DNA of 64,000 bases from an uncultured Saprospiraceae bacterium (GCA_964591455.1 CAZQDZ010000006.1:55098-119097); one strand, 5' to 3'; positions 39,326-49,255 are shown, numbered from the stretch's first letter. Numbers and translations are program-made. The notes: a model not told the origin generated them from the sequence alone.

Positions 39326-40040
39326 TTTCAGTCATATATTGGTGAACATATTGGGCTGTTATTTCGGCATTCTCATGATCGCCGTGCAAGCATATTGTAT
39401 CTATTCGTGCAGGATGTACTAGGTTACTACCGTCAATGATTGTGGAATTTATAAAGCCATCTAGTTTTCTTTTCATGATTTGTTTTTCACTAATAATCCC
39501 ACCTGGCTCTGTTCGTGAAATTAGTTTTGATTTATTTTTGTATCCCCTATCTATAAATACCTCTCCTCTAACGGGTATGCCTATCTCATTACCTATGTCA
39601 TGAGCATTCGAATCAGCAAGCACATACACAATGATGTCTGCATACTTTTCTTTCCAATGGGTTAAAATAGTCTGACTCAATGTTTTGTTGCTTGCCATAT
39701 CGTTATACAATGAGCCATGAGGTTTTATATGATGTACGGGAAGCTCTGCTTCATGACATAATTCAAAAAATAATTGAATCTGCTCATCTAGTGCTTTCAA
39801 TAATGGAGCTGTCTCCATGTTCATCGATTTTCTGCCGAAGTTTTCTCGATCAGGATAAGAAGGATGTGCACCTACAACTACCTCATTCGATTTAGCTAAC
39901 TGAATGGCCTTCATAACGCTATGCCTATCCCCAGTATGTCCACCGCATGCAATATTGCATGAACTGAGATATGGAAGGATGTTTTCGTCAGCAAAACCCT
40001 CTCCTATATCTGCATTTATATCTATGCATTTGAGTCTAAT
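39297..40040 (-). CDS. pxpA: 5-oxoprolinase subunit A (LamB/YcsF family); start assigned to a non-canonical ATT
   Basis: The first ATG is at 39914. The same frame upstream encodes IDINADIGEGF...NIACGGHTGD, the family N-terminal signature. The frame opens right after the TAA of the upstream gene. Length from ATT 40040 is 247 aa, typical of the family. Confidence 0.75.
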   Translation of the reverse strand: MRLKCIDINADIGEGFADENILPYLSSCNIACGGHTGDRHSVMKAIQLAKSNEVVVGAHPSYPDRENFGRKSMNMETAPLLKALDEQIQLFFELCHEAELPVHHIKPHGSLYNDMASNKTLSQTILTHWKEKYADIIVYVLADSNAHDIGNEIGIPVRGEVFIDRGYKNKSKLISRTEPGGIISEKQIMKRKLDGFINSTIIDGSNLVHPARIDTICLHGDHENAEITAQYVHQYMTENEVHITACR

Positions 40041-40049
40041 GATTAATAT

Positions 40050-41252
40050 TTAGAATATTTGAAATAATTTATTAAGCCATCCTAAACTTATGCCAATTGT
40101 TATTACAAGTATACTGATGCTAAGTATATTATGTATCGGTTTATTTCTATATGATTTTACAATTCCAGAGATATTACATAGGTAAATGAGAAATCCAGCT
40201 ATGAGTGGCAGTAGTATAGCATTTGTGATTTGTGCAAATTGGATAATTAGGATTGGCTTAGCACGAAGTAGCGTAACTAAGATGCCTGCTGACAGGATAA
40301 CTATCCAGACCATTCTAAATCTCATAGATTTTTCATTATCAGACCAGCCTAGTAAACCTTTCGCCGTGTAGGCTGCTGCCAGTGGCGCAGTCAGGGCACT
40401 ACTTAAGCCAGCTGCCATTAGGCCTATACCCATTAGGTATTTTGCCGCGCTTCCAAAGAGAGGCTCCAACTGATAGACAAAATCAGACGCTTTGGTCACA
40501 TTATCTAATTCTCCCCTAGTTGCTGCTGCTGTGATAATAATCATCATAGATACCATCCCACCTAGTAAAATGGCTGCTGTGTTTTCTCTTCTGATATCCT
40601 TTAAATCAGCACTTTTATTCCACTTTTTTGATATGGTAGACGCATGCAGAAATAAATTATAAGGTACCACAGTAGTCCCTATCAGTCCAAGAACCAATAG
40701 TAAATCCACTTCTTGAAAATTGGGGATAAACCCTTTGAGCACTGAATTGAGATCAGGCTTTAGAAGTATAACAGTCGTTAAAAAACTTAAGCTCATGGTC
40801 AGAACAAGTCCAATCAATATCTTTTCGATGAGTTTATAATTGCCTAAGTATAACAGGATAAATGCAATAGCACCTATGAGAACAGGCCATAAGTGATGCG
40901 TTCCTGCCAGAAGGTCTAGCCCTAATATGCCTCCCGAAATATTGCCAGCTTCATAGGCTGCATTCCCTACAACGATAGCGCCTAAGACAAGAACTATAGA
41001 TAGTATTCTGCCTACCCCATCAGGAAACTGCTTGGCGATGGCTTCTCCTAGTCCCTCCCTTGTAGTCCAACCTAGTCTGGCTGCCATCTCCTGTAGGACG
41101 ATCGTGGCTATAATAGCGAAAACCATAGCCCATAATAAGCTATACCCAGTCTGTACACCTGCAAGCGTGCAAGCGGTTACAGTACCTGGGCCTATAAATG
41201 CAGCGGCTACTAAGGTGCTAGGGCCAAAATATCTCCTAAACCAGTTATTCAT
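40050..41252 (-). CDS. NRAMP-family divalent metal/unknown-substrate transporter (YcsG-like)
   Basis: 400 aa with ~11 TM segments. Its position next to pxpABC mirrors the Bacillus subtilis ycsF-ycsG-kipI-kipA arrangement. Confidence 0.75.
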   Translation of the reverse strand: MNNWFRRYFGPSTLVAAAFIGPGTVTACTLAGVQTGYSLLWAMVFAIIATIVLQEMAARLGWTTREGLGEAIAKQFPDGVGRILSIVLVLGAIVVGNAAYEAGNISGGILGLDLLAGTHHLWPVLIGAIAFILLYLGNYKLIEKILIGLVLTMSLSFLTTVILLKPDLNSVLKGFIPNFQEVDLLLVLGLIGTTVVPYNLFLHASTISKKWNKSADLKDIRRENTAAILLGGMVSMMIIITAAATRGELDNVTKASDFVYQLEPLFGSAAKYLMGIGLMAAGLSSALTAPLAAAYTAKGLLGWSDNEKSMRFRMVWIVILSAGILVTLLRAKPILIIQFAQITNAILLPLIAGFLIYLCNISGIVKSYRNKPIHNILSISILVITIGISLGWLNKLFQIF

Positions 41253-42364
41253 CTACCCTTGCATTTGTAAGCATATAGGGCAAAGGAAGCCAACCAATGC
41301 TGTCCAGCATAATCACCATCTACGATGTTGCTTAGCGAATGTTGCATGTGTTCATCCGCAATCTGAATGCAATAGCTATTGTCTGACAACGTATATAGAC
41401 ACCATGCTCTGCTAAAATTCAATCCATCAAGATGCACCAACTTACCATCAGACCGATCTTTGATTTCACCAGGCGCTAGTTTGGTCGATTGGTCATAGAG
41501 TCCTGGTAAAAAGGCACTACTCCACTTATTAAAGTCCTCTGAATTCATAACCTTTTTCATGATATCGAGCTCCTGTAGACAAGGCGATAAAAAATCATAA
41601 CCACTTGGTTCCCAGTCTATTGGGCAGTTTTTGTCCTCTTTGTAGAATCGAATGGCACTCTGTTCTATAATATCTTTGAGGGCAGTATCTCCTACAGCGA
41701 TGGCATAATCATAAGCGAAACTGAGGCCGAAAGCCGTATTGCTATGTTCACCTACTCTTATAGGATATACCAGTTTAGGAAGGTAGTTCTGATACCCTTC
41801 TGATATATAGGTGGCCAAAGGCTTTAGGTTATTATACCATTCTTTGGCTTGGGTGTCATCCCAAGTATATATTTCTTCACACAGCTTTAGTAACCATGCC
41901 CAGCCATAGGTTCGCTCAAATGACTTAGTCTGCTTATTCAATGAAAAATAGTCGACTTCCTTTTGAATGTTAACAGCAGTCAGATTCTCATTCAGCATTT
42001 GTCTGGCCCTATCACGCTGCGAAAGCTGCGGAAAATTCTTGAGTAAGTAGATTAAGGACCAATGTCCATGCACAGCAGAATGCCAATCGAAGCAGCCATA
42101 GAATGCAGGATGGTGCTCTATCGGCATTTTCAAATCAGACGCTTGAGCGATGACATGCCCAGGTTTATAGGGTAGGGGATGCTGTATACAATCCAGAGGT
42201 AGTGAAGCGAATCTATCGGCCTCTGCTAAATCAAGTTGTATTGCTTTGCTAGTCATAGCTGGTTTTTGAGGGTGTTCCTTATTTGATGGCGGTCCTTCAT
42301 TATTGCATTGGTTGAGTATCAGGATGACCAGTATAGCTTGGCTGAAGCGTTTCAGTAGGTTCAT
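41249..42364 (-). CDS. DUF2891-family protein, probable lipoprotein
   Basis: HPAFYGCFDWHSAVHGHW block remembered from DUF2891. N-terminal signal with Cys (AILVILILNQC). The stop overlaps the NRAMP start (ATGA). Confidence 0.6.
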   Translation of the reverse strand: MNLLKRFSQAILVILILNQCNNEGPPSNKEHPQKPAMTSKAIQLDLAEADRFASLPLDCIQHPLPYKPGHVIAQASDLKMPIEHHPAFYGCFDWHSAVHGHWSLIYLLKNFPQLSQRDRARQMLNENLTAVNIQKEVDYFSLNKQTKSFERTYGWAWLLKLCEEIYTWDDTQAKEWYNNLKPLATYISEGYQNYLPKLVYPIRVGEHSNTAFGLSFAYDYAIAVGDTALKDIIEQSAIRFYKEDKNCPIDWEPSGYDFLSPCLQELDIMKKVMNSEDFNKWSSAFLPGLYDQSTKLAPGEIKDRSDGKLVHLDGLNFSRAWCLYTLSDNSYCIQIADEHMQHSLSNIVDGDYAGQHWLASFALYAYKCKGR

Positions 42365-42683
42365 TCTTTGAATATATCACTTGTCTCCTACAATTACTCA
42401 CATATACAGACTAATCGTCTACGTATTCATCCCATAAATCACTTTCAAGGAAATCAGAGACACTAAAATCGGATCATTTCAGTAGACATATTACGATTTG
42501 GTATAATGTTTGAAATAGTAGCAGTATGAATTACAAAAAAGTTGAATATGAAGTTCTTGATATGTGTAAGAGTCTGAAATTCAATAATATATACATTCAA
42601 TACGATTTGCTTATATGTATTTAGGAATTCATAATTACTTTTTTAATAAACATTTTAACGTAAGAACACAAAAATTTCTAATC

Positions 42684-45600
42684 ATGAAAAATTATTTAAT
42701 CACAAGCTTCAATACCAGTTTAGGGTGCATTATTGCGCTTTTTATGGTCTTGACCAGCTCAGACACAAAAGCACAGACCGTTACGGTTGCCCTTGAGGGA
42801 ACGATGGATGTGGCTTTTTGTGTGGAGAGTACAGACACGCTATGTTTTGATGTATCTGTTCTGGATGCTGACGGACAAGCAGTATCTTTATTATCTCTCC
42901 AGAGTGCATCCTGGATTGGTCCTAACGGATTTAACTCCTCGGATGTAGAACCATGTGTCGCAATTGATGATGTTGAAGTTGGAGGTACGTATACCTTGAC
43001 GGTAACTTTTAACAATGGCAGCACAGCAGAAGGCGAAATTGAATTCGATGTATTTAATACATTTGAATTTGAAGACGAGGAAACAGAGTTTGTATTTCCT
43101 GATTTGATGGATGACGATTGTATAATTAATTATACATTCGATGGTATCACATTGGACGCTGTAAACTGCGACGATGGTATGCAGACTGCATGCGCCAGAC
43201 TTGTAGATAGCGATGGAATGACCATTGCAACTTCAATGGAGATATCAGTTGATCCACTGGACCCTTCAAGGCTTTATGGTGCCTTATCAGCTACTGATAT
43301 AGGATTTGGAGATTTCCAGCTTATCGTTGATTTTAAATCAGATGGTGATGTACTTGGCCAAATGATTTCAACGGTTTCTGCCATTGAAAGTAGAAATAAT
43401 ATAACATGTAATGATTTAGTCAACTTTACCTTAACTAATAACTGTGAAGGCTTAGTGACGCCAGATATGGTGTTAGAAGGAGACTTTTGCTTTGATATGT
43501 TTGAGCTTGATTTAGAACATACAGAACTAGGCACTGAACTTTCTGGTACAGGTGAAGTAATGATTAATGAGCCAGGTCTATATAATGTAACTGTGACGGG
43601 ATTGTCTGGATTGAGTTGCTGGAGTCAGATACTTGCTGAAGACAAATCGACACCAGAATTAGAATGCCAAGATCCAGTGGATGTGTATTGTTCCCAGAAT
43701 GCATTTTCTCCTGGCGCACAAATATGTGGTTACGGCAGATTTGCAGTAACGGAAGCATCAGTAGCCGCTGGAACATCGACAGTGATGTTGCCATTGGTAT
43801 CTACACAAGGGGCTCCAACAGGAACAGTAAAATCGATAGTATTAAATATAGATGGTGATATAGATAGAGTCATGGACTTGGCTTTCTCATTAGTTTCACC
43901 AGAAGGACTAGTTGCGGAATTGGTTAACTTTAATGATCCTGCATTTGCATCAGGAACCATGTGTGATCAGCCAAACTTTTTCCTATGCTTAGCTGATGAT
44001 CCTTCGTTCAATAGCTATGGCTCATTTTTCGGCTTAGATGCATGTAGAAGACAGGTTAATGGTTACATAGGTAACTTCCAACCAGCAACCCCGTTTTCAA
44101 CTTTCACAGGAGAAGATGTAGTCGGTAACTGGTCGTTAGAAGTTACGGCAGCAACGCCAGTGTCAGATTTGAATGCAAGCTTAGTCATTCTGACAAATGA
44201 AGGTACGCTAGCAGCGACTAATGATATCATGCAAAATACAGGTTGTCCTTCTAGTGTGATTACTATGGATTTCGAAGACGAAGTACTTAGTGATAACTGT
44301 GCTAGTGGAAACTGGCTTGTAGTGAATAGAACATTTACAGTAACTAATGAATCAACTAATGTTTCTGAATCTTGTTCTCAAGTAATTAATTTCTTACCAT
44401 GGACGCTAGAAGATGTAATCTTCCCTAAGAGTATGGATGGTGTAGAAAGTGAAGTTATAGATTGTAGCATTTTATTTGATGCAGATTATAACTTGAATCC
44501 AAGTCTAGTAGATTCTGAAGGTATTCCTTTGCCGTCATTGTCCGGAGAACCAAGAGTTCCTTTCGGTGAACTTTGTGGAAACTTTGAGGTGATGAGTGAG
44601 GATCTTGTATTGGATCTATGTGGAGAATTCTCTAAGAAGGTCGTTAGAAGATGGTCTATACTAGACTGGTGTACTGGAAGTTTTAGAGAAGAAACTCAGA
44701 TTATAAAGATTGAAGATTTACAGCCACTTCAAGTGTCTTGTGCTTCAGAGACTAATGGAGGTATTCCATTAACGGATAGCGATGGTAATCAGATTACAGG
44801 TGATGATGGACAGTTATTGTTTTTCTTTCCTGGTACTACTGATGCTAATCAGTGTGCAGGTACATGGGATATTATTCCTCCAGTACTTGTTCAGAATGCG
44901 TGTGATGCACATGAATTTGATTTTACAGTAGAATTTTTGATAGCTGATGCAGCAGGTGCACCACCTATCGATGGTGACTATGTTTCTTTTGATTCAGAAA
45001 CTGGCGCAAGCGTAAATGGTACAATCAATCCTACTAGCATATCTAATTTACCATTAGGAATAACTTGGTTAAGATATTCTGTAGAGGATGAGTGTGGAAA
45101 TACTGGCCAATGTTTTACAGAGGTTGCAATAGTAGATGAGAGTAGTCCGACACCAGTATGCATAGAAAATACAGTAGTTGCTATAGGTGATGATGGAACA
45201 GCATTTTTGCCAGCTGCATCTATAGACAATGGTTCATTCGATAACTGTGGTGTTGTGAGCAGAGGAATAAGTAGATTTGCTAACGGACCATTCACAGATG
45301 TATTAGAGTACAGATGTGGATGTGTTATGAATGACGAAAGAGTGTATTTAGAAGTGACTGACGCTGCTGGAAATTCTAACATCTGCGCAGTAACAGTAGA
45401 AGTACAGAATAATCAAGATTCACCACAATTATCTGGAGGTCCTATGAGTATGTCTAGAGATTGTGACTCTGGGTCATTTGATTTATTCTCTATATCAGAA
45501 GCGGGTAGAGCTACATTTAACTTGACTGCAAACTGTCCGACAACTACTGGATTTACAGTAGAAGCAACATTCAATGGTCAGGTAATCAGACCAGGTGATA

Positions 45601-47837
45601 CGTTTGAACCAGGTGAGTGTGGCGCAGGTAGTGCTACAATTAAGTATGAAGTAACTGATGCTTGTGGAAGCATAGTAGGAAGTGCATTTAATCAAGGAAT
45701 ATCATTCACTAATGATTTTTCAGGATTTTCTGTAAATAGATTCCCGCAAGACATTGATATAGATAATTGTACAGGCGGCACACAGCCAGAAGATCTTCCA
45801 TTCGAAGCAGGCGCTGGCTACATTCAGACGACGTCAAGTGGATGCGGAAGTGATGTAGCCATATCATTTAGTGATGAAGTATTCCCTGACGTAGAGGATG
45901 CTTGTTATAAAATATTAAGAACGTGGACTGTAATTGATTGGTGTATTGTCAATGCTCCGGGTAATTCCGTGGAGGATGGACGAAGAACCGGCACACAATT
46001 AATTGTAGTTAATGATTCTTCTGCACCTGTTATTACCAACCTGAGAGATGTTACTAGTAATGATCCAAGCTGTCAAACTTTATTGACCGAGGACGATGTT
46101 GATTTTGAAATTTCTGATAATTGCACAGCAGTTGAAGATGTGATTGTTAATTTCCTAGTGGATGGTAATCCAACTAGTAATATATTCAATCAATTCTATA
46201 ACAGTGGTACTACTATAACTATTGAAGTAGAAGACCAGTGTAGCAATGTCAATACATTCAGCTTCAGAGTATTCAATAATGATGAGCTGCCACCGACCCC
46301 TTACTGTAACAGTCAGGTAGTGACGACACTTAACCCAAGTGGTATCGCAGAGGTATGGGTGTCTGATTATAGTCAAGGCGCTGATGATAATTGTGATCCT
46401 CAGGTGTCAGACTTCTTTATCAATGATTTAGGTCAGCGTACACAAGTATTGTCTTTCGATTGTGAAGATATACCTAACGGTATAGAGACACTGATTCCAA
46501 TAACGGTGTATTTTGAAGATGATTCTGGAAATCAGAATACATGTAATGTATCATTGATACTACAAGATAATTCAGATGTATGTCTTAATAGTCCTGGGTC
46601 TCTAATCGCAGGTTCAGTGCAGACAGATGATGCAAGAATGGTGCAAGATGTACAAGTAGCTCTGATGAGCAACAATGTCATGAGAGAAATGTCTATTACT
46701 AAGAATACTGGTGATTATGCATTCCATGCGGTAGAGACGAATAATAGTTATTCTGTTGTACCTCACAAAAATGACAATGTACACAATGGTGTGAATACAG
46801 TTGATTTGATATTAATACAGAGACATATTCTAGGGTTGAACAGATTTGATTCGCCTTACAAAGTGATCGCTGCAGATACTGACAACGATAATAGAATTAC
46901 TGGAGCTGACTTGGTAGAACTGAGAAAACTGATATTAGGTGTGACTTCTACGTTCCCTAATGGACAGCTCTCTTGGAGAATACCTGTGAAAGATCAGTTA
47001 TTTGTCAATGAGAACAATCCGTTCCCATATGCAGAAGATATCACAATCAACAATCTAGGTGAGAATGTAACTAATCAAGATTTCGTAGCCGTTAAGATTG
47101 GTGATGTGAATTATAGTTCTGTTGCGTCTCTTACTGAAGGTGAAGCGTTGACTACAAGAAGTAGCAAGACCTTATCGCTTTCGATAGAAGACCAAACACT
47201 ATATTCAGGTGATTATGTGACTATTCCAGTTACTGCAGAAAACATGGTTGATATCGCAGGACTTCAAAGTACAATCAGCTTCAATGCTGCTAGTATGACG
47301 TTCGAAGGTGTAACACCAGGCGCATTAAACTTAAATGAAGCTAACTTAGGTTTACATAATGTAGAACATGGTTACATATCATTGAGTTGGAATGAGCTGA
47401 ATGGCATCTCTGTAGATGCAAATACAGTATTATTCGAAATGACATTTAATGTACTAGATGATGTTACATTAAGCGAGCAACTCTTCTTGAGTTCAGCTCA
47501 GACAACATCTGAAGCATATACTGGATCTATGGAAACAGTATCATTGAAGTTAAACTTCGAAGGTGCAGAATACGATGAATTCGTATTATTCCAGAATATT
47601 CCAAACCCATTTGCTGATAACACAGAAGTTAGATTTAGCCTTCCAGGCCAATCTGATGTAACGTTGACAGTATTTGACGTGGCGGGTAGAGAACTATTGA
47701 GAAAAGTGAGCAATTACGAAGGAGGCAGCCACACAATTTTATTGAATAGTGGAGAATTATCTTCTACAGGAGTTATGTACTACAAGCTAGAATCAGCTTA
47801 CGGTACTGCCAGCAGAAGAATGATTCAGATCAGATAG
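42684..47837 (+). CDS. Giant secreted multidomain protein (1717 aa): Ig/HYR-like repeats, proprotein-convertase P-domain, carboxypeptidase-regulatory-like, dockerin-like, cohesin-like, T9SS C-terminal sorting domain
   Basis: Signal peptide from ATG 42684 (MKNYLITSFNTSLGCIIALFMVLTSSDTKAQT). P-domain-like (DLAFSLVSPEG...VVGNWSLEVTA). HYR-like R(R/T)W(S/T)(I/V)(L/I)DWC and DxxGN..xC motifs. Dockerin EF-hand pair (NTVDLILIQRHILG; DTDNDNRITGADLVELRKLILG). Cohesin-like (YVTIPVTAENMVDIAGLQSTISFNAASMTFEGV). CTD (IPNPFADNTEVRFSL...TLTVFDVAGREL). Confidence 0.85.
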   Translation: MKNYLITSFNTSLGCIIALFMVLTSSDTKAQTVTVALEGTMDVAFCVESTDTLCFDVSVLDADGQAVSLLSLQSASWIGPNGFNSSDVEPCVAIDDVEVGGTYTLTVTFNNGSTAEGEIEFDVFNTFEFEDEETEFVFPDLMDDDCIINYTFDGITLDAVNCDDGMQTACARLVDSDGMTIATSMEISVDPLDPSRLYGALSATDIGFGDFQLIVDFKSDGDVLGQMISTVSAIESRNNITCNDLVNFTLTNNCEGLVTPDMVLEGDFCFDMFELDLEHTELGTELSGTGEVMINEPGLYNVTVTGLSGLSCWSQILAEDKSTPELECQDPVDVYCSQNAFSPGAQICGYGRFAVTEASVAAGTSTVMLPLVSTQGAPTGTVKSIVLNIDGDIDRVMDLAFSLVSPEGLVAELVNFNDPAFASGTMCDQPNFFLCLADDPSFNSYGSFFGLDACRRQVNGYIGNFQPATPFSTFTGEDVVGNWSLEVTAATPVSDLNASLVILTNEGTLAATNDIMQNTGCPSSVITMDFEDEVLSDNCASGNWLVVNRTFTVTNESTNVSESCSQVINFLPWTLEDVIFPKSMDGVESEVIDCSILFDADYNLNPSLVDSEGIPLPSLSGEPRVPFGELCGNFEVMSEDLVLDLCGEFSKKVVRRWSILDWCTGSFREETQIIKIEDLQPLQVSCASETNGGIPLTDSDGNQITGDDGQLLFFFPGTTDANQCAGTWDIIPPVLVQNACDAHEFDFTVEFLIADAAGAPPIDGDYVSFDSETGASVNGTINPTSISNLPLGITWLRYSVEDECGNTGQCFTEVAIVDESSPTPVCIENTVVAIGDDGTAFLPAASIDNGSFDNCGVVSRGISRFANGPFTDVLEYRCGCVMNDERVYLEVTDAAGNSNICAVTVEVQNNQDSPQLSGGPMSMSRDCDSGSFDLFSISEAGRATFNLTANCPTTTGFTVEATFNGQVIRPGDTFEPGECGAGSATIKYEVTDACGSIVGSAFNQGISFTNDFSGFSVNRFPQDIDIDNCTGGTQPEDLPFEAGAGYIQTTSSGCGSDVAISFSDEVFPDVEDACYKILRTWTVIDWCIVNAPGNSVEDGRRTGTQLIVVNDSSAPVITNLRDVTSNDPSCQTLLTEDDVDFEISDNCTAVEDVIVNFLVDGNPTSNIFNQFYNSGTTITIEVEDQCSNVNTFSFRVFNNDELPPTPYCNSQVVTTLNPSGIAEVWVSDYSQGADDNCDPQVSDFFINDLGQRTQVLSFDCEDIPNGIETLIPITVYFEDDSGNQNTCNVSLILQDNSDVCLNSPGSLIAGSVQTDDARMVQDVQVALMSNNVMREMSITKNTGDYAFHAVETNNSYSVVPHKNDNVHNGVNTVDLILIQRHILGLNRFDSPYKVIAADTDNDNRITGADLVELRKLILGVTSTFPNGQLSWRIPVKDQLFVNENNPFPYAEDITINNLGENVTNQDFVAVKIGDVNYSSVASLTEGEALTTRSSKTLSLSIEDQTLYSGDYVTIPVTAENMVDIAGLQSTISFNAASMTFEGVTPGALNLNEANLGLHNVEHGYISLSWNELNGISVDANTVLFEMTFNVLDDVTLSEQLFLSSAQTTSEAYTGSMETVSLKLNFEGAEYDEFVLFQNIPNPFADNTEVRFSLPGQSDVTLTVFDVAGRELLRKVSNYEGGSHTILLNSGELSSTGVMYYKLESAYGTASRRMIQIR

Positions 47838-47860
47838 AAACTGACGGAAACTTACGTGAA

Positions 47861-47890
47861 GCCGCATCTCTGCAAAGAGGTGCGGTTTTT
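47861..47890 (+). terminator. Rho-independent terminator after the second giant gene
   Basis: CCGCATCTCT-gcaa-AGAGGTGCGG stem (one G-U pair) followed by TTTTT. Confidence 0.8.
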
Positions 47891-47950
47891 CTAATTAATA
47901 GAAGTTGTTTTGGATTTAAATTCATATTCAATTTGATACTAGAAACTTAA

Positions 47951-49255
47951 TTAATCACTAATAATATTCCCTGCCAGCAATTTGAGTTGAAGTTCTGAAA
48001 TGTGGACATTAAGGATGGCATTATTTAGATTGGTCCTTGCAGTGAGAAGATTAAGCTGGGCTTGTCGAAATTCTACAGAATTGACTTGGCCAGCATTAAA
48101 TAATTCTTGTGTTCGTCGAAAATTTTCTTCATTGATAGATAAGGCATTTTCTTCTACCTCTACAATGTAAATGGTATTCTTGTAGTTGGCCCAGCCATTG
48201 ACTAAGTCTCTTTCTATTTGCTGCTGTATTTGCTGGCGCTGCAGTTGTTGGCTATTGAGAGCGATGGCTGCATTTTGTTTTCTTAGATTTCTAGAGCCAT
48301 CATAGAGAGGCCAATTGATTCCTATGTTGCCCGCAAAGCCTCTCGAATTGGATGAGGTGATAAAAGCTTCACTTGGATTGTCCTGCAATGAAAGATTATA
48401 AGAAGCACCCGCGACTATTGTTGGTTTGTTCTCTGCTTCTATAATATCCAAATCCATATTGCTTATAATCTGATTTTGCTCATTGATCTGTAAGGAGGTG
48501 TTTTGGTCTTTATAATCTTGGAGCAATTTTTCTATGTTGACCTGCTCATTGATATTGGTTTCAAGTGATATGTCATATTCTATATGAATGGGTCTCCCCA
48601 TAGAGATATTGAGATTTCGTTTTTCATTATGTAGAATTGTTTGGGCATTGATAAGGTTAATGCTATCTCTTTGTAAGTCCACCTGTGCATTGAGCACAGA
48701 GAGGCCATTTCCTCTTCCTAGTTCCAATTCATACTCTGCTCGTTGTTGTCTTGCTGATGAAATATCTATAGTGCTTTCTAGGGCAGCAATATTTTCTTTG
48801 AGTTGAGCGACTGTATAGAAGCTGTTATATACTTGTAGCAAGCTTTGCTCTATCTCCTGTCTAAGTTGCATGTCAGATAGCAGTAGTGATTCTTTGAGTT
48901 GTTCTAAGTTCAGGCCTCGCCTTTTGTCATAGAGGGTGTAATCTGCACGGAGGCCTGCATTAGCACCTAAAGTAAGTGCATTGGATGTATTAGCTTCATT
49001 TCCATTATTGAATTGCTGAGAACTGCCACCAAGGTTTCCATTCACACCACCGTTGGCTGATACTGTTGGAAGGTAATTGTTGAGTTTCTTGTCTGTCAGA
49101 TTTTTGGCTATTTCTACGTTGTTCTCAGCAATCTTAATCCCAAAGTTATTGTTTAGAGTTATAAGTTTGGCCTCGTCTAAGGATAACAGATTCTGAGCGG
49201 TTAGATGGAAGGCTAAGGTGAGTATTATTGTGAGAACAAAAATTATTTTATTCAT
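47951..49255 (-). CDS. TolC-family outer membrane efflux protein
   Basis: 434 aa with a signal peptide and two internally repeated coiled-coil/beta segments typical of OEP/TolC. It is the last gene of the RND operon. Confidence 0.85.
   Translation of the reverse strand: MNKIIFVLTIILTLAFHLTAQNLLSLDEAKLITLNNNFGIKIAENNVEIAKNLTDKKLNNYLPTVSANGGVNGNLGGSSQQFNNGNEANTSNALTLGANAGLRADYTLYDKRRGLNLEQLKESLLLSDMQLRQEIEQSLLQVYNSFYTVAQLKENIAALESTIDISSARQQRAEYELELGRGNGLSVLNAQVDLQRDSINLINAQTILHNEKRNLNISMGRPIHIEYDISLETNINEQVNIEKLLQDYKDQNTSLQINEQNQIISNMDLDIIEAENKPTIVAGASYNLSLQDNPSEAFITSSNSRGFAGNIGINWPLYDGSRNLRKQNAAIALNSQQLQRQQIQQQIERDLVNGWANYKNTIYIVEVEENALSINEENFRRTQELFNAGQVNSVEFRQAQLNLLTARTNLNNAILNVHISELQLKLLAGNIISD

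Noticed and set aside
37756-40052. Alternative genetic code or stop-codon readthrough (TGA at 37756, TAA at 40050) as an explanation for the in-frame continuation into the helicase and pxpA.
   Set aside because: Both stops terminate the upstream proteins at lengths normal for their families, and fusions of those families are not expected. All other genes in the window have normal lengths under the standard code, with TAA, TAG and TGA all used as stops.
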